Assembly (NCBI RefSeq): GCF_003334785.1
Contig: NZ_QOWV01000001.1
Length of the DNA stretch: 64,000 nucleotides
Origin: Escherichia coli
Lineage (GTDB): Bacteria; Pseudomonadota; Gammaproteobacteria; Enterobacterales; Enterobacteriaceae
Strand: one strand, 5' to 3'
The notes below the pieces were generated by a model, which was not told the origin of the DNA, did not search any database, and saw nothing but the letters and a program-made list of their open reading frames with translations. This document shows positions 12,272 through 25,442 of this stretch, piece after piece. Numbering within the stretch: position 1 is the stretch's first letter; the number at the start of each line of letters is the position of its first letter. The translations under genes and the position numbers were made by a program.

Positions 12272-13537
12272 TCAAACATCCATGCCCAACGCTCGCTTAC
12301 CGTGAATGTTGAGGTCGGCAAGCGTAAAGCGTCCTTCCCAGTTTGTTTCATAGTCCTCGCGCGGGAAGTCGCCCGGCGATGCGCCTTTTTCCAGTGCGGC
12401 CTTCACCTTGTGCGCGTAGGCAAGATTTTTCTCGCACATCGGTGCCGCAGGAATGTACATCACGTTGCCCCAACCTTGTTGATTTTCAACGGGGGCAACG
12501 GAATGGATGACGTCGCAGTGCCACCAGACGGAGTCTCCGGCTTCGAGTTTTGGAATGCTGGTTAACGCCTCAATCAACAGTGGATGCCATTGCTCTGATA
12601 CCGGCAATACTCTTCCGGGCGCTACGCCGCACAGTTCATCCTCCGGCACATCATCAAGCAGCGGACGTAACAGTACGTACGCCATAGCTTCAGGAATGGG
12701 CACGACGTGCAGCAGCCCCTGACCAGGCAGCATATCAGAGAGCGCTGTCCAGCCCTGGAATGTCCGAAACACGGAACATTTGGTGGTGTTGTCCACCGTG
12801 TACTCTTCAACTTCCGTACGATGTGCCGCATGCCAGGGATCATATTGCGCCAGATTGCCATTAAAGACGTTGGCGAAAACGCGCTGATACGCTGGAAGCA
12901 GCCAGCGTTCCAGTGCCCCGGAGTCGGTATGCGCTCCAAGACCTTTGGAGGTCGTTCCGGGCGGACGGCGGCGGATACGGTCAGGGTAGATGACGCTCAC
13001 ATCCGGGTTAAACCATTGCTTTCCATCACTTTCAAATGTCCACAGACGATTGAGAAACGACTGCGCATTCGCCATTTCTTCACTCTGGCGGGCCTGCATT
13101 TGCGCCTGCGACCAGTAGATGGGGTAAATCTCGGGACGTGAAGCGCTGAGCGTCCCGAAGAAATTATCGCCGGGGCCTTTGTAGACCTCGTCAAAGCGGT
13201 TGCGGTCCAGATAGTCCAGCATCGACTGATCCCAGCCTAGCGCTTGTTCGCGGGGGAAATGGCCTTTTATCACCGCACAACCGCGACGTTTAATCTGTTC
13301 GCGCTGCTCTGCAGTAACATGACCTGCTTTGATATCGGCATAAGACAGCACCGGCCAGACGGCATCGCCCTGTGCTTTGAGTGCGTTGATTTCAGCCACT
13401 CGCGTGGCAATGTCATCGCTTAGCTGATTAAAGATCTGCTGGACGTCGCCAAGCTGCGCCCGCAGCGCGTGCTTCATCTGACGGATAGCTGCTTTGTGAT
13501 CGGCAGGCAATGTGTCGCTGGTAAAAGTAGAAGCCAT
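12272..13537 (-). CDS. ybiU: DUF1479-family protein
   Basis: 421-aa product starting MASTFTSD; synteny with K-12 ybiU. Confidence 0.85.
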   Translation of the reverse strand: MASTFTSDTLPADHKAAIRQMKHALRAQLGDVQQIFNQLSDDIATRVAEINALKAQGDAVWPVLSYADIKAGHVTAEQREQIKRRGCAVIKGHFPREQALGWDQSMLDYLDRNRFDEVYKGPGDNFFGTLSASRPEIYPIYWSQAQMQARQSEEMANAQSFLNRLWTFESDGKQWFNPDVSVIYPDRIRRRPPGTTSKGLGAHTDSGALERWLLPAYQRVFANVFNGNLAQYDPWHAAHRTEVEEYTVDNTTKCSVFRTFQGWTALSDMLPGQGLLHVVPIPEAMAYVLLRPLLDDVPEDELCGVAPGRVLPVSEQWHPLLIEALTSIPKLEAGDSVWWHCDVIHSVAPVENQQGWGNVMYIPAAPMCEKNLAYAHKVKAALEKGASPGDFPREDYETNWEGRFTLADLNIHGKRALGMDV

Positions 13538-13688
13538 AACCACCTCTCATTAACTTTCATTCGAAACCATTCTGATTTGCATGTGACAATATAAGTTATA
13601 AATAAGTTAATGCAAGTTTAATGATTTGATGTGATGTACAGGATGTAAAAAGAAGGGAAAACCGGAGCGCACGGCTCCGGTAGAGAGG

Positions 13689-14504
13689 TCAGCTGTTAAA
13701 AGGGGATGTGTTATCCAGCACCGCCTGAATCACATTCAGCGCGCCTTCATGATTATTATCATCGGTAGCGTAACGGGCGATTTGTTTAATGTTTTCCGCA
13801 GCATTGCCCATCGCAAAGGAATAACGCGCCATTTTCAGCATCTCCGCATCGTTACCGCTGTCGCCAATCGCTACCACATTTTGCGGTGACAGATCCCAGC
13901 GTTTCAGTAACCGCGAAATACCGTTTGCTTTATGTAGACCGGGAATAATCAGGTCGATAAAGCCAAAACCACTGGTAACGGGTTTCATAATGCCATCGAG
14001 CGCTACGTGCAGTTTGTCGATCACTAACGGGATTTGTTCATCCGGCAGGTTGAGCGAAAACTTGAACAGTACGTCGTCAATCTCCTGATAATCTTTTACA
14101 GGTTTCAGGCGATGGTAGTGTTTTGCCATCAGTGCGACAAATGCTTCGGGGGCATTTTCGCTGACATATGCACTTTGCAGACCGCAGGCGACAAAATTGA
14201 GTTGCTTATCTTTTAGCAACTCGCCAATAACAATCCGCGATTCATGTCGGGTCAGTTCGCCGTGGAACAACTGCTTGCCATGTTCGTAAACCAGTGCGCC
14301 GTTTTCCGCGACAAAAGAGATCTCATCCTTTAGCTCAGGAAAGAATGAAATAAGCTGGTAATACTGATTACCGCTGGCAACAACGAACTTAATGCCGCGC
14401 TTTTTCAGTTCCTGATATTGCGCCATAAAACGTGGTTGGTTGTACGTTTTGGCGTCGTTAAGAAAAGTACCGTCCATGTCTGTGACGATAACTTTTACGC
14501 TCAT
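13689..14504 (-). CDS. ybiV: Sugar phosphatase, HAD superfamily (Cof-like)
   Basis: 271-aa ORF with HAD motif I DMDGT near the N-terminus and GDSGND motif near the C-terminus. Confidence 0.9.
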
Positions 14505-14649
14505 AGGTGTGCTCCTGGCTCGAAAATGAAACCGTAACAGTGTAATAACAATGTGACGCAGAGCACAAATTATATTTCGAATGAAAGTAAGGATGAAATT
14601 GATGATGTGAATGATTTAGCCCGGCGACGACGCCGCCGGGCCGAGGAGA

Positions 14650-17082
14650 TTACAGCATATGTTCAGTACGGGCGATGATATCGTCCTGAGCGTCTGGAGA
14701 GAGCGCGGTGAAGAACGCGGAATAGCCCGCGACACGCACTACCAGATCGCGATACTGATCGGGATGTTTTTTCGCATCCAGCAGCGTTTCGCGGGAAACG
14801 ATGTTGTACTGAATATGCCAGCCTTTATGCACTTCAAAGAAGGTACGCAGCAGGATCATCAGTTTCTGCTTGTCAGATTCGTTCTCCAGCGTTGCCGGAT
14901 TCAGTTTCTGGTTGAGCAACACGCCGCCGAGAATCGCTGCCGTAGGCAGTTTACCCACTGAGCCAATGACCGCAGTAGGGCCAAGATGGTCAGTACCGGA
15001 GGCCGGGCTTGCGCCTTCTGCCAGCGGGGTGTGGGCTTTACGCCCGTCCGGTGTTGCCATAGTCTGCGCGCCAAACGGTACGTTAGCGGAGATTGATGAC
15101 GTACCCGCGTAATAGTTGCCGCCAACCGGACCACGACCGTAGCGCGGATTATGGTACTGTTTCAGTTCGTCGATATAGGTCTGATAAGCGCGAGCCAGCA
15201 GCGTATCGACAGTATCATCGTCGTTGCCGTACTTCGGCGCACCGTTAATCAGCCGCTGACGCAGCTGCTCGTGAGTCAGGCCGTCGAAGTCATCTGCCAG
15301 TGCGGCAGCAAGCTGTTGCTGACCAATCGCACCTTGTTCAAACACCAGTTTCTTCACTGCCGCCAGGCTGTTGCCGAGGTTGGCAATGCCGACCTGCAGG
15401 CCAGAAACCCAGTCATATTTCGCGCCGCCTTGCTTGATACTTTTCGCTCGCTCAATACAGTCATCCACCAGCGCCGAGCAGAGAATATCGTGCACGTTCT
15501 CTTCCAGCATGGTGTCGACGACATATTCGATTTCGATTGATTTGCGGGTGTAGTAACGGATTTGCGTATCCCACGCGTCCATCACTTCATCGAAGTTGTT
15601 GAAGTTACCTGCCGACAACGCTTTTTCTTGTGGCAGGAACACTTTGCCGCTGGTGGCATCATGCCCGCCTTCCAGCGCCGCCAGCATCACGCGGGCGAAG
15701 TTGATAAAGCTCATGCCGGTACAGCGATAGCCCCATTTGCCACCGACGGCGGTTTCTATACAACCAATCGCTGCGTAGTCATAAGCGTCCTGCGGTTCAA
15801 TACCGAGTTTAATAAATTCCGGGATCACGATTTCGTCGTTGTTGAACGCCGGCATCCCGAAGCCGCAACGGATCACCTGTACGCAGGCGTCGAGGAAATC
15901 GTTGCTCATTCCTGCATGGTAACGCACGCTGAGGTTAGGCTGAGTGGAACGCAGGCGACCGCAGGATTCGAGGATCGCGTAAGAGAGTGGATTCACCGCG
16001 TCCATTGGTTGACCATCAACCAGATTTTGCCCGCCAATAGTGACGTTCTGATACAGCGGACTTCCCGCAGAGGCTTTTGAGTGTGAGCCGGAGCGGATCT
16101 TGTTCACTTCCAGCAGTTTCAGCCAGCAGCTATGCAGCATCTCGATGGCGTGTTCGCGATCCAGCGTCTGGTTGAGTTCAACGTCGCGGCGATAGTACGG
16201 GTAGAGATACTGGTCCATACGACCAAACGATACTGAGTGACCGTTAGATTCGATCTGCAAAATCAACTGGATGAAGTAACACAGTTGCAGCGCCTGCCAG
16301 AAAGTCTGCGGCGGCTGGTGGGCGATAAGATCGCAGTTTTCTGCCATCGCCAGCAGTTCATCGCGACGGCTTTCGCGGGTTTCGGTCGCGGCCATTTCAC
16401 GCGCCAGGGCAGCGAAACGTTCAATGTGTTCACTGACTGCCACCAGCACGATATCAATCGCTTTCAGGAATTGCTCACCGTGTAAATCTTCCAGCACCGT
16501 CAGGTTGATGCGCGAGCGACGTTCCGCTACTTTCTCGCGCAGACCATCAAGCCCTTTTTCCAGCAGCAGCGGGAAATTCACCGCCAGGTGCGCATCGCCG
16601 GAGGTCATATTGCCTTCCGCTTTAATGATTCCGGTCGCCAGCAGACCTTTTTGCTCATCGGTAAACATGCCGTAGCAGCGATCCTGTACGGTCTGACCGC
16701 GCCACCACGGGCACACTTCATGCAGAACGCGTTTGTTCTCTTCGCTCACCGCAAAGCCAGCACCGGGACGATCTGCCAGATCATCAATCTCTTTTTCGAT
16801 CCACGAGACAGTATATTCCGGGAAGATCGGCGCGGCGCGAACTTCGCTTGCCTGGTTGCCAATGATCAACTCATCGTGTTTGATCCAGATGGTGCGATTC
16901 GCCAGGTGATGCGCCAGTGCCAGCGCGCGACGTACCGGGATCGGCTTATCGAGATGTTGTTGATACATCTCGGTATAGTGCTGCGCGCGCTCGGTACAGA
17001 CTGGCGGTTTCACAATATGCACCAGCGCATTTTTGTGCGCTTTAATGCGGTCGCTGAGCGTGTCCAGTTTCAGTGTGGTCAT
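14650..17082 (-). CDS. ybiW: Glycyl-radical enzyme, pyruvate formate-lyase family
   Basis: 810-aa ORF with C-terminal glycyl radical motif RVAGYSAFF and a PFL-like core. Confidence 0.9.
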   Translation of the reverse strand: MTTLKLDTLSDRIKAHKNALVHIVKPPVCTERAQHYTEMYQQHLDKPIPVRRALALAHHLANRTIWIKHDELIIGNQASEVRAAPIFPEYTVSWIEKEIDDLADRPGAGFAVSEENKRVLHEVCPWWRGQTVQDRCYGMFTDEQKGLLATGIIKAEGNMTSGDAHLAVNFPLLLEKGLDGLREKVAERRSRINLTVLEDLHGEQFLKAIDIVLVAVSEHIERFAALAREMAATETRESRRDELLAMAENCDLIAHQPPQTFWQALQLCYFIQLILQIESNGHSVSFGRMDQYLYPYYRRDVELNQTLDREHAIEMLHSCWLKLLEVNKIRSGSHSKASAGSPLYQNVTIGGQNLVDGQPMDAVNPLSYAILESCGRLRSTQPNLSVRYHAGMSNDFLDACVQVIRCGFGMPAFNNDEIVIPEFIKLGIEPQDAYDYAAIGCIETAVGGKWGYRCTGMSFINFARVMLAALEGGHDATSGKVFLPQEKALSAGNFNNFDEVMDAWDTQIRYYTRKSIEIEYVVDTMLEENVHDILCSALVDDCIERAKSIKQGGAKYDWVSGLQVGIANLGNSLAAVKKLVFEQGAIGQQQLAAALADDFDGLTHEQLRQRLINGAPKYGNDDDTVDTLLARAYQTYIDELKQYHNPRYGRGPVGGNYYAGTSSISANVPFGAQTMATPDGRKAHTPLAEGASPASGTDHLGPTAVIGSVGKLPTAAILGGVLLNQKLNPATLENESDKQKLMILLRTFFEVHKGWHIQYNIVSRETLLDAKKHPDQYRDLVVRVAGYSAFFTALSPDAQDDIIARTEHML

Positions 17083-17087
17083 GGTTG

Positions 17088-17987
17088 TTATCCTCGTAAG
17101 GTCGCGGTTAACCCTTTCTGGCAGGCATACTGCTGGGCAAAGTCGAGCAGTTCTGGCGCATCAAGCGGTTTTTCCGGGGCGTCATAGGGCAGATTAAGTA
17201 AGTGATATTTGTTGATGCCCAGCGTGTGGTAGGGCAGAAAATGAATTTCGCCAACGTGCAGCTCGTCGGCGGCAAAATCGGTAATGGCTTTTACAGAGGT
17301 TTCGTCGGCATTAAAGCCCTGAATCAGCGGCACGCGGATAATGATTTTTTTGCCCGCTGCGGCGAGTTTTTTCAGGTTATCCAGCACTCTGGCGGCGTTA
17401 CCGTCGGTCCACTGTTTAAACGGCGCGTCGGCAACGTGTTTTAAATCGGCAAGAAACAGATCGATATAGGGCAGAGAAGGGGCGATATATTTCCACGGCA
17501 CATGCAGACAGGTTTCTACCGCAGTATGAATGCCTGCCTCGTGGCTGGCTTGCAGTAGCGCCATCGCCATTTCCGGCTGCATAAAGGGCTCACCACCCGA
17601 AAGCGTTAAACCGCCGCCGCTGCGATCGTAAAACGGTTTATCGCGCAGAACGGTCGTCATGATCTCCTCAACGCTTTTCACTTCACCACACACGGTTAAT
17701 GCCTGTGTCGGACAGCAGTCGGTTAACGCCGTCAGATGCTCCGGGGTTAACTTTTCCCGATGAATAAGCAAACCATTCAGCGCGCGCTCAATCACTTCCG
17801 GCGCGGCCTTAGCGCACAGCTCGCAGCCTTCCAGACACAGTCGTGCGTCATACAGCAGATCCTGCGTGCGGGCGCGGCTTTCCGGGTTCTGACACCAGCG
17901 GCAGCCCAGCGAACAGCCTTTAAGAAATACGACCGTGCGGATACCGGGGCCATCATGGGTCGAGTAGCGCTGAATATTGAAAATCAT
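17088..17987 (-). CDS. ybiY: Glycyl-radical enzyme activating protein (radical SAM)
   Basis: Radical-SAM cysteine motif and additional Cys clusters; start chosen at MIFNIQRYS (299 aa). Confidence 0.85.
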
Positions 17988-18117
17988 AGTTGCCTCTCTA
18001 TTTCGTTCAAGCATTAAAATACTTTCGAATGAAAGTTAGATTGATGTGCGTCAACTGTTCAGAGAGTTTTCCCGTGATAGTCTACATTCAGACAAAAAGT
18101 ACATTTTGAGGATGGTT

Positions 18118-18780
18118 ATGGAACTGTATCTGGATACTTCAGACGTTGTTGCGGTGAAGGCGCTGTCACGTATTTTTCCGCTGGCGGGTGTGACCACTAA
18201 CCCAAGCATTATCGCCGCGGGTAAAAAACCGCTGGATGTTGTGCTTCCGCAACTTCATGAAGCGATGGGCGGTCAGGGGCGTCTGTTTGCCCAGGTAATG
18301 GCTACCACTGCCGAAGGGATGGTTAATGACGCGCTTAAGCTGCGTTCTATTATTGCGGATATCGTGGTGAAAGTTCCGGTGACCGCCGAGGGGCTGGCAG
18401 CTATTAAGATGTTAAAAGCGGAAGGGATTCCGACGCTGGGAACCGCGGTATATGGCGCAGCACAAGGGCTGCTGTCGGCGCTGGCAGGTGCGGAATATGT
18501 TGCGCCTTACGTTAATCGTATTGATGCTCAGGGCGGTAGCGGCATTCAGACTGTGACCGACTTACACCAGTTATTGAAAATGCATGCGCCGCAGGCGAAA
18601 GTGCTGGCAGCGAGTTTCAAAACCCCGCGTCAGGCGCTGGACTGCTTACTGGCAGGATGTGAATCAATTACTCTGCCACTGGATGTGGCACAACAGATGA
18701 TTAGCTATCCGGCGGTTGATGCCGCTGTGGCGAAGTTTGAGCAGGACTGGCAGGGAGCGTTTGGCAGAACGTCGATTTAA
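18118..18780 (+). CDS. fsaA: Fructose-6-phosphate aldolase 1 (transaldolase-like)
   Basis: 220-aa product starting [15 protein letters not shown]; TalC/MipB family. Confidence 0.9.
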   Translation: MELYLDTSDVVAVKALSRIFPLAGVTTNPSIIAAGKKPLDVVLPQLHEAMGGQGRLFAQVMATTAEGMVNDALKLRSIIADIVVKVPVTAEGLAAIKMLKAEGIPTLGTAVYGAAQGLLSALAGAEYVAPYVNRIDAQGGSGIQTVTDLHQLLKMHAPQAKVLAASFKTPRQALDCLLAGCESITLPLDVAQQMISYPAVDAAVAKFEQDWQGAFGRTSI

Positions 18781-18855
18781 CCGGACGTTCTGCATCCTCA
18801 TAAATTGCTGATGACGTGGCGGAGTGCCGCGTCTTATCAGGCCTGGAGGTGGCAA

Positions 18856-19605
18856 TTACTGCCCACACACCTCACACCCCGGATTACGCATCAGTTTCAT
18901 TTCGCGAAACTGACAGGTCATCGCATCGTACATGACGATTTTCCCGCTGGCCGGTTTGCCATAACCTGCCAGCATTTTGATCGCTTCCATTGCCTGCAAC
19001 GAACCAATTACGCCGATCAACGGTGCCATTACGCCTGCTTCCACGCAGGTTAATGCATTTTCACCAAACAAACGGCTAAGGCAGCGATAGCACGGTTCAC
19101 CGTCCTGATAAGTAAAGACGGTGATTTGACCTTCCATACGAATTGCCGCGCCGGAAACCAGCGGTACCTTCGCGGCAAAACAGCCTGCGTTCAGTTGATT
19201 ACGTACCGCAACGTTATCCGTACAGTCGAGCACCAGATCGTGTTCAGCAATCAATGCTGCAAGTTCTGCGTCATCCAGCAGTGCATTGACTGGCGTAATC
19301 GCGATATGTGGGTTGATCCGCGTCAGGGCGTCACGGGCGGATTCCACCTTCGGTTGCCCGACCGTGGCATCACTGTGCAGTGTCTGGCGTTGCAGATTCG
19401 AGAGCGAAACCGTGTCGAAGTCGAGCAGCGTCAGGTTACCGACACCGGCGCTTGCCAGATACTGCGAGGCTGCACAGCCGAGGCCGCCCAGGCCCACTAT
19501 CAGCACGCGAGAATCTTTCAGCGCCTCCTGGCCGTCAAAATCAAAGCCGCGCAGAATGATTTGCCGGTTGTAGCGCAGCATCTCCTGATCGCTGAGTTCC
19601 GCCAT
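18856..19605 (-). CDS. moeB: Molybdopterin-synthase adenylyltransferase
   Basis: 249-aa ThiF/MoeB E1-like ORF with nucleotide-binding GLGGLG and C-terminal CxxC pairs. Confidence 0.95.
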   Translation of the reverse strand: MAELSDQEMLRYNRQIILRGFDFDGQEALKDSRVLIVGLGGLGCAASQYLASAGVGNLTLLDFDTVSLSNLQRQTLHSDATVGQPKVESARDALTRINPHIAITPVNALLDDAELAALIAEHDLVLDCTDNVAVRNQLNAGCFAAKVPLVSGAAIRMEGQITVFTYQDGEPCYRCLSRLFGENALTCVEAGVMAPLIGVIGSLQAMEAIKMLAGYGKPASGKIVMYDAMTCQFREMKLMRNPGCEVCGQ

Positions 19606-20840
19606 TACAGGCCTCCGAACAACGCGTTAAACGGTTCTACTTCCACCCATTCGCCCACTTCCACATTGCCGCGATCGCGTTCCAGCACGATAAAGCAGTT
19701 GCCGAGGCTAAAGGAGCTAAATATATGTGAACCCTGATGTCCGGTGGTCGTCACTTCCAGTTCGCCATCGGCGTTGCGTTGCAGCACGCCGCGCTGGAAA
19801 TCAAGACGTCCTGGCGTTTTTTTCAGGCGGGACGCTGTGCGTACGCGCTGGCGCGCGGGCAGGCCGCTGGCGGTGTTACCGCTTAGTTTTGCCAGCAAAG
19901 GCTGTACCAGTTGATAGAAGGTCAGCGTCGCTGAAACCGGGTTGCCCGGCAGGCCGCAGAACCAGCTATTGCTGAGTTTACCGAACGCGAACGGTTTACC
20001 TGGTTTAATCGCCAGCTTCCAGAAGGCGATCTCCCCCAGCTCTTCAAGAATCGTTTTGGTGTAATCCGCCTCACCCACTGAAACACCGCCGGAACTGATC
20101 ACCACATCCGCCTGGCTGTCGGCTTCAATAAATGCGGCGCGCAGGGCATGGGGATCGTCGCGGATAATCCCTAAGTTAATTACCTCGCATCCCAACTGTT
20201 CTAACATCAGGTGTACGGCGAGACGGTTGGTATCGTAGATTTGGCCGTCGCCCAGCGGCTGACCGGGCAACTGGAGTTCATCACCGGTAGAAAAAAGCGC
20301 TACACGCACTTTACGAATCACCGGAACTTCGGCAATCCCCAGTGAAGCAATTACTGGCAGCTCTGCGGTAGTCAGGCGAGTTCCCGCCGGGAAAACAACC
20401 GCACCTGCAGAGATATCTTCACCGCGACGGCGAATATTTTGCCCGCTACGCACTTCAGCAGTAAAACGCACGCCATTGTCCATTTGTTCAGTCTGCTCCT
20501 GCATCACCACCGCTTCGCAGCCTTCCGGCACCGGCGCACCGGTCATAATACGAATGCAGGTACCCGCAGGCCATTCACCATGGTATGGCTGACCGGCAAA
20601 GGATTTACCGGCAACGGGCAGCGGTTGCCCGGAGGCAATATCGGCTAAACGCACCGCGTAGCCGTCCATTGCGGAGTTATCAAACCCCGGAACATCAAGC
20701 GGCGAAACGACATCGCTCGCCAGAATACGACCAAAACACTGTACCAGTGGCAGCGTTTCCTGGGCGGTCAGTGGGGTGACGCGAGAAAGCATCTCATTAA
20801 GCGCGGTGTCGAGCGACATCAATCCGGTGGTAAATTCCAT
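19605..20840 (-). CDS. moeA: Molybdopterin molybdotransferase
   Basis: 411-aa MoeA-family ORF immediately upstream of and co-oriented with moeB. Confidence 0.95.
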   Translation of the reverse strand: MEFTTGLMSLDTALNEMLSRVTPLTAQETLPLVQCFGRILASDVVSPLDVPGFDNSAMDGYAVRLADIASGQPLPVAGKSFAGQPYHGEWPAGTCIRIMTGAPVPEGCEAVVMQEQTEQMDNGVRFTAEVRSGQNIRRRGEDISAGAVVFPAGTRLTTAELPVIASLGIAEVPVIRKVRVALFSTGDELQLPGQPLGDGQIYDTNRLAVHLMLEQLGCEVINLGIIRDDPHALRAAFIEADSQADVVISSGGVSVGEADYTKTILEELGEIAFWKLAIKPGKPFAFGKLSNSWFCGLPGNPVSATLTFYQLVQPLLAKLSGNTASGLPARQRVRTASRLKKTPGRLDFQRGVLQRNADGELEVTTTGHQGSHIFSSFSLGNCFIVLERDRGNVEVGEWVEVEPFNALFGGL

Positions 20841-21043
20841 GAAAACACTCCTGCGGAGGCAAAATCGAATTTGCCTATTATGTCAGAAAAACGCCACAGA
20901 CTGTATGCCACCTCGGGCGTAGCGCTGGGTCCTGCCTTTACATGCCATATCCATCTTTCTATATTCAAAAATTGAATGAGTAATTCATAAAAATTCTGAT
21001 ATTTATAGCAAAAGTGGCGAACCACCCTTAATGGACGAATACT

Positions 21044-22009
21044 ATGGGCAAAGCAGTCATTGCAATTCATGGTGGCGCAGGTGCAATTAGCCGCGCGCAG
21101 ATGAGTCTGCAACAGGAATTACGCTACATCGAGGCGTTGTCTGCCATTGTTGAAACCGGGCAGAAAATGCTGGAAGCGGGCGAAAGTGCGCTGGATGTGG
21201 TGACGGAAGCGGTGCGTCTGCTGGAAGAGTGTCCACTGTTTAACGCCGGAATTGGCGCTGTCTTTACGCGTGATGAAACCCATGAACTGGACGCCTGTGT
21301 GATGGATGGTAACACCCTGAAAGCCGGTGCGGTGGCGGGCGTTAGTCATCTGCGTAATCCGGTTCTTGCCGCCCGGCTGGTGATGGAGCAAAGCCCGCAT
21401 GTGATGATGATTGGCGAAGGGGCAGAAAATTTTGCGTTTGCTCGTGGCATGGAGCGCGTCTCGCCGGAGATTTTCTCCACGCCTTTGCGTTATGAACAAC
21501 TACTGGCAGCGCGCAAGGAAGGGGCAACCGTCCTCGACCATAGCGGTGCGCCACTGGATGAAAAACAGAAAATGGGCACCGTGGGGGCCGTGGCGTTGGA
21601 TTTAGACGGCAATTTGGCGGCAGCCACGTCCACAGGCGGAATGACCAATAAATTACCCGGACGAGTTGGCGATAGTCCCTTAGTGGGTGCCGGATGCTAC
21701 GCCAATAACGCCAGTGTGGCGGTTTCTTGTACCGGCACGGGCGAAGTCTTCATCCGCGCGCTGGCGGCATATGACATCGCCGCGTTAATGGATTACGGCG
21801 GATTAAGTCTCGCGGAAGCCTGCGAGCGGGTAGTAATGGAAAAACTCCCTGCGCTTGGCGGTAGCGGTGGCTTAATCGCTATCGACCATGAAGGGAATGT
21901 CGCGCTACCGTTTAACACCGAAGGAATGTATCGCGCCTGGGGCTACGCAGGCGATACGCCAACCACCGGTATCTACCGTGAAAAAGGGGACACCGTTGCC
22001 ACACAGTGA
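21044..22009 (+). CDS. iaaA: Isoaspartyl dipeptidase / L-asparaginase (Ntn hydrolase)
   Basis: 321-aa ORF with autoprocessing site region GTVGAVALD. Confidence 0.9.
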   Translation: MGKAVIAIHGGAGAISRAQMSLQQELRYIEALSAIVETGQKMLEAGESALDVVTEAVRLLEECPLFNAGIGAVFTRDETHELDACVMDGNTLKAGAVAGVSHLRNPVLAARLVMEQSPHVMMIGEGAENFAFARGMERVSPEIFSTPLRYEQLLAARKEGATVLDHSGAPLDEKQKMGTVGAVALDLDGNLAAATSTGGMTNKLPGRVGDSPLVGAGCYANNASVAVSCTGTGEVFIRALAAYDIAALMDYGGLSLAEACERVVMEKLPALGGSGGLIAIDHEGNVALPFNTEGMYRAWGYAGDTPTTGIYREKGDTVATQ

Positions 22010-23867
22010 TGAACTTGATGCCGGTAATGTGCTGGCGGTTGAAAATCTGAATATTGCCTTTATGCAGGACCAGCAGAAAATAGCTGCGGTCCGCAATCTC
22101 TCTTTTAGTCTGCAACGCGGTGAGACGCTGGCAATTGTTGGCGAATCCGGCTCCGGTAAGTCAGTGACTGCGTTGGCATTGATGCGCCTGTTGGAACAGG
22201 CGGGCGGTTTAGTACAGTGCGATAAAATGCTGTTGCAGCGGCGCAGTCGCGAAGTGATTGAACTTAGCGAGCAGAACGCTGCACAAATGCGCCATGTTCG
22301 CGGTGCGGATATGGCGATGATATTTCAGGAGCCGATGACATCGCTGAACCCGGTATTTACTGTGGGTGAACAGATTGCCGAATCAATTCGTCTGCATCAG
22401 AACGCCAGTCGTGAAGAAGCGATGGTCGAGGCGAAGCGGATGCTGGATCAGGTACGCATTCCTGAGGCACAAACCATTCTTTCACGTTATCCGCATCAAC
22501 TCTCTGGCGGGATGCGCCAGCGAGTGATGATTGCGATGGCGCTGTCATGCCGCCCGGCGGTGCTGATTGCCGATGAGCCAACCACCGCGCTGGATGTCAC
22601 TATTCAGGCGCAGATCCTGCAATTAATCAAAGTATTGCAAAAAGAGATGTCGATGGGCGTTATCTTTATCACTCACGATATGGGCGTGGTGGCAGAGATT
22701 GCCGATCGGGTACTGGTGATGTATCAGGGCGAGGCGGTGGAAACGGGTACCGTCGAACAGATTTTTCATGCACCGCAACATCCTTACACCCGTGCGCTGT
22801 TAGCTGCTGTTCCGCAACTTGGTGCGATGAAAGGGTTAGATTATCCCCGACGTTTCCCGTTGATATCGCTTGAACATCCAGCGAAACAGGCCCCCCCCAT
22901 CGAGCAGAAAACGGTGGTGGATGGCGAACCTGTTTTACGAGTGCGTAATCTTGTCACCCGTTTCCCTTTGCGCAGCGGTTTGTTGAATCGCGTAACGCGG
23001 GAAGTGCATGCCGTTGAGAAAGTCAGTTTTGATCTCTGGCCTGGCGAAACGCTATCGCTGGTGGGCGAGTCTGGCAGCGGTAAATCCACTACCGGGCGGG
23101 CGTTGCTGCGCCTGGTCGAATCGCAGGGCGGCGAAATTATCTTTAACGGTCAGCGAATCGATACCTTGTCACCCGGCAAACTTCAGGCATTACGCCGGGA
23201 TATTCAGTTTATTTTTCAGGACCCTTACGCTTCGCTGGACCCACGTCAGACCATCGGTGATTCGATTATCGAACCGCTGCGTGTACACGGTTTATTGCCA
23301 GGTAAAGACGCGGCTGCACGCGTTGCGTGGTTGCTGGAGCGCGTGGGCCTGTTACCTGAACATGCCTGGCGTTACCCGCATGAGTTTTCCGGCGGTCAGC
23401 GCCAGCGCATCTGCATTGCTCGCGCGTTGGCATTGAATCCAAAAGTGATCATTGCCGACGAAGCCGTTTCGGCGCTGGATGTTTCTATTCGCGGGCAGAT
23501 TATCAACTTGTTGCTCGATCTCCAGCGTGATTTCGGCATTGCGTATCTGTTTATCTCCCACGATATGGCGGTGGTAGAGCGGATTAGTCATCGTGTGGCG
23601 GTGATGTATCTCGGGCAAATTGTTGAAATTGGTCCACGGCGCGCGGTCTTCGAAAACCCGCAGCATCCTTATACGCGTAAATTACTGGCGGCAGTTCCGG
23701 TCGCTGAACCGTCCCGACAACGACCGCAGCGTGTACTGCTGTCGGACGATCTTCCCAGCAATATTCATCTGCGTGGCGAAGAGGTGGCAGCCGTCTCGTT
23801 GCAATGCGTCGGGCCGGGGCATTACGTCGCACAACCACAATCAGAATACGCATTCATGCGTAGATAA
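21996..23867 (+). CDS. gsiA: Glutathione ABC importer ATP-binding protein (tandem ABC domains)
   Basis: Two ABC cassettes (GESGSGKS twice, LSGGMRQR and FSGGQRQR); start taken at in-frame TTG (LPHSDELD) overlapping iaaA end, 623 aa. Confidence 0.85.
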   Translation: MPHSDELDAGNVLAVENLNIAFMQDQQKIAAVRNLSFSLQRGETLAIVGESGSGKSVTALALMRLLEQAGGLVQCDKMLLQRRSREVIELSEQNAAQMRHVRGADMAMIFQEPMTSLNPVFTVGEQIAESIRLHQNASREEAMVEAKRMLDQVRIPEAQTILSRYPHQLSGGMRQRVMIAMALSCRPAVLIADEPTTALDVTIQAQILQLIKVLQKEMSMGVIFITHDMGVVAEIADRVLVMYQGEAVETGTVEQIFHAPQHPYTRALLAAVPQLGAMKGLDYPRRFPLISLEHPAKQAPPIEQKTVVDGEPVLRVRNLVTRFPLRSGLLNRVTREVHAVEKVSFDLWPGETLSLVGESGSGKSTTGRALLRLVESQGGEIIFNGQRIDTLSPGKLQALRRDIQFIFQDPYASLDPRQTIGDSIIEPLRVHGLLPGKDAAARVAWLLERVGLLPEHAWRYPHEFSGGQRQRICIARALALNPKVIIADEAVSALDVSIRGQIINLLLDLQRDFGIAYLFISHDMAVVERISHRVAVMYLGQIVEIGPRRAVFENPQHPYTRKLLAAVPVAEPSRQRPQRVLLSDDLPSNIHLRGEEVAAVSLQCVGPGHYVAQPQSEYAFMRR

Positions 23868-23886
23868 CATTCAGGCGGAGAATAAA

Positions 23887-25425
23887 ATGGCAAGAGCTGT
23901 ACACCGTAGTGGGTTAGTGGCGCTGGGCATTGCGACAGCGTTGATGGCATCTTGTGCATTCGCTGCCAAAGATGTGGTGGTGGCGGTAGGATCGAATTTC
24001 ACCACGCTCGATCCGTATGACGCAAATGACACGTTATCTCAGGCCGTAGCGAAATCGTTTTACCAGGGGCTGTTCGGTCTGGATAAAGAGATGAAACTGA
24101 AAAACGTGCTGGCGGAGAGTTATACCGTTTCCGATGACGGCATTACTTACACCGTGAAATTGCGGGAAGGCATTAAATTCCAGGATGGCACCGATTTCAA
24201 CGCCGCGGCGGTGAAAGCGAATCTGGACCGGGCCAGCGATCCGGCGAATCATCTTAAACGCTATAACCTGTATAAGAATATTGCTAAAACGGAAGCGATC
24301 GATCCGACAACGGTAAAGATTACCCTCAAACAGCCGTTCTCAGCGTTTATTAATATTCTTGCCCATCCGGCGACCGCGATGATTTCACCGGCAGCGCTGG
24401 AAAAATATGGCAAGGAGATTGGTTTTTATCCGGTGGGAACCGGACCGTATGAACTGGATACCTGGAATCAGACCGATTTTGTGAAGGTGAAAAAATTCGC
24501 GGGTTACTGGCAGCCAGGATTGCCCAAACTGGACAGCATAACCTGGCGTCCGGTGGCGGATAACAACACCCGCGCGGCAATGCTGCAAACCGGTGAAGCG
24601 CAGTTTGCTTTCCCCATTCCTTACGAGCAGGCCACACTGCTGGAGAAAAACAAAAATATCGAGTTGATGGCCAGTCCGTCAATTATGCAGCGTTATATCA
24701 GTATGAACGTGACGCAAAAGCCGTTCGATAACCCGAAGGTCCGTGAGGCGCTGAATTACGCCATTAACCGTCCGGCGCTGGTGAAAGTTGCCTTTGCGGG
24801 CTATGCAACGCCAGCTACTGGTGTGGTACCGCCAAGTATCGCCTACGCGCAAAGTTATAAACCGTGGCCTTACGATCCAGTGAAAGCGCGCGAATTACTG
24901 AAAGAGGCGGGATATCCCAACGGTTTCAGTACCACGCTGTGGTCGTCACATAACCACAGCACCGCGCAGAAAGTGCTGCAATTTACCCAGCAGCAGTTAG
25001 CGCAGGTCGGGATTAAAGCCCAGGTGACTGCGATGGATGCCGGACAGCGGGCGGCAGAAGTTGAAGGTAAAGGGCAAAAAGAGAGCGGCGTGCGGATGTT
25101 CTACACTGGCTGGTCGGCTTCAACCGGCGAAGCGGACTGGGCACTATCGCCGCTGTTTGCCTCGCAGAACTGGCCACCGACGCTGTTTAATACCGCGTTT
25201 TACAGCAATAAACAGGTGGATGACTTCCTGGCTCAGGCACTGAAAACTAATGATCCGGCGGAAAAGACCCGCTTATATAAGGCGGCGCAGGATATCATCT
25301 GGCAAGAATCGCCGTGGATCCCGCTGGTGGTAGAAAAACTGGTGTCGGCACACAGTAAAAACCTGACCGGTTTTTGGATCATGCCAGACACCGGCTTCAG
25401 CTTTGAAGACGCGGATTTGCAATAA
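23887..25425 (+). CDS. gsiB: Glutathione-binding periplasmic protein
   Basis: 512-aa product starting [26 protein letters not shown]; family 5 solute-binding protein. Confidence 0.9.
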
Positions 25426-25442
25426 GCAACGCAGGGAGTGGA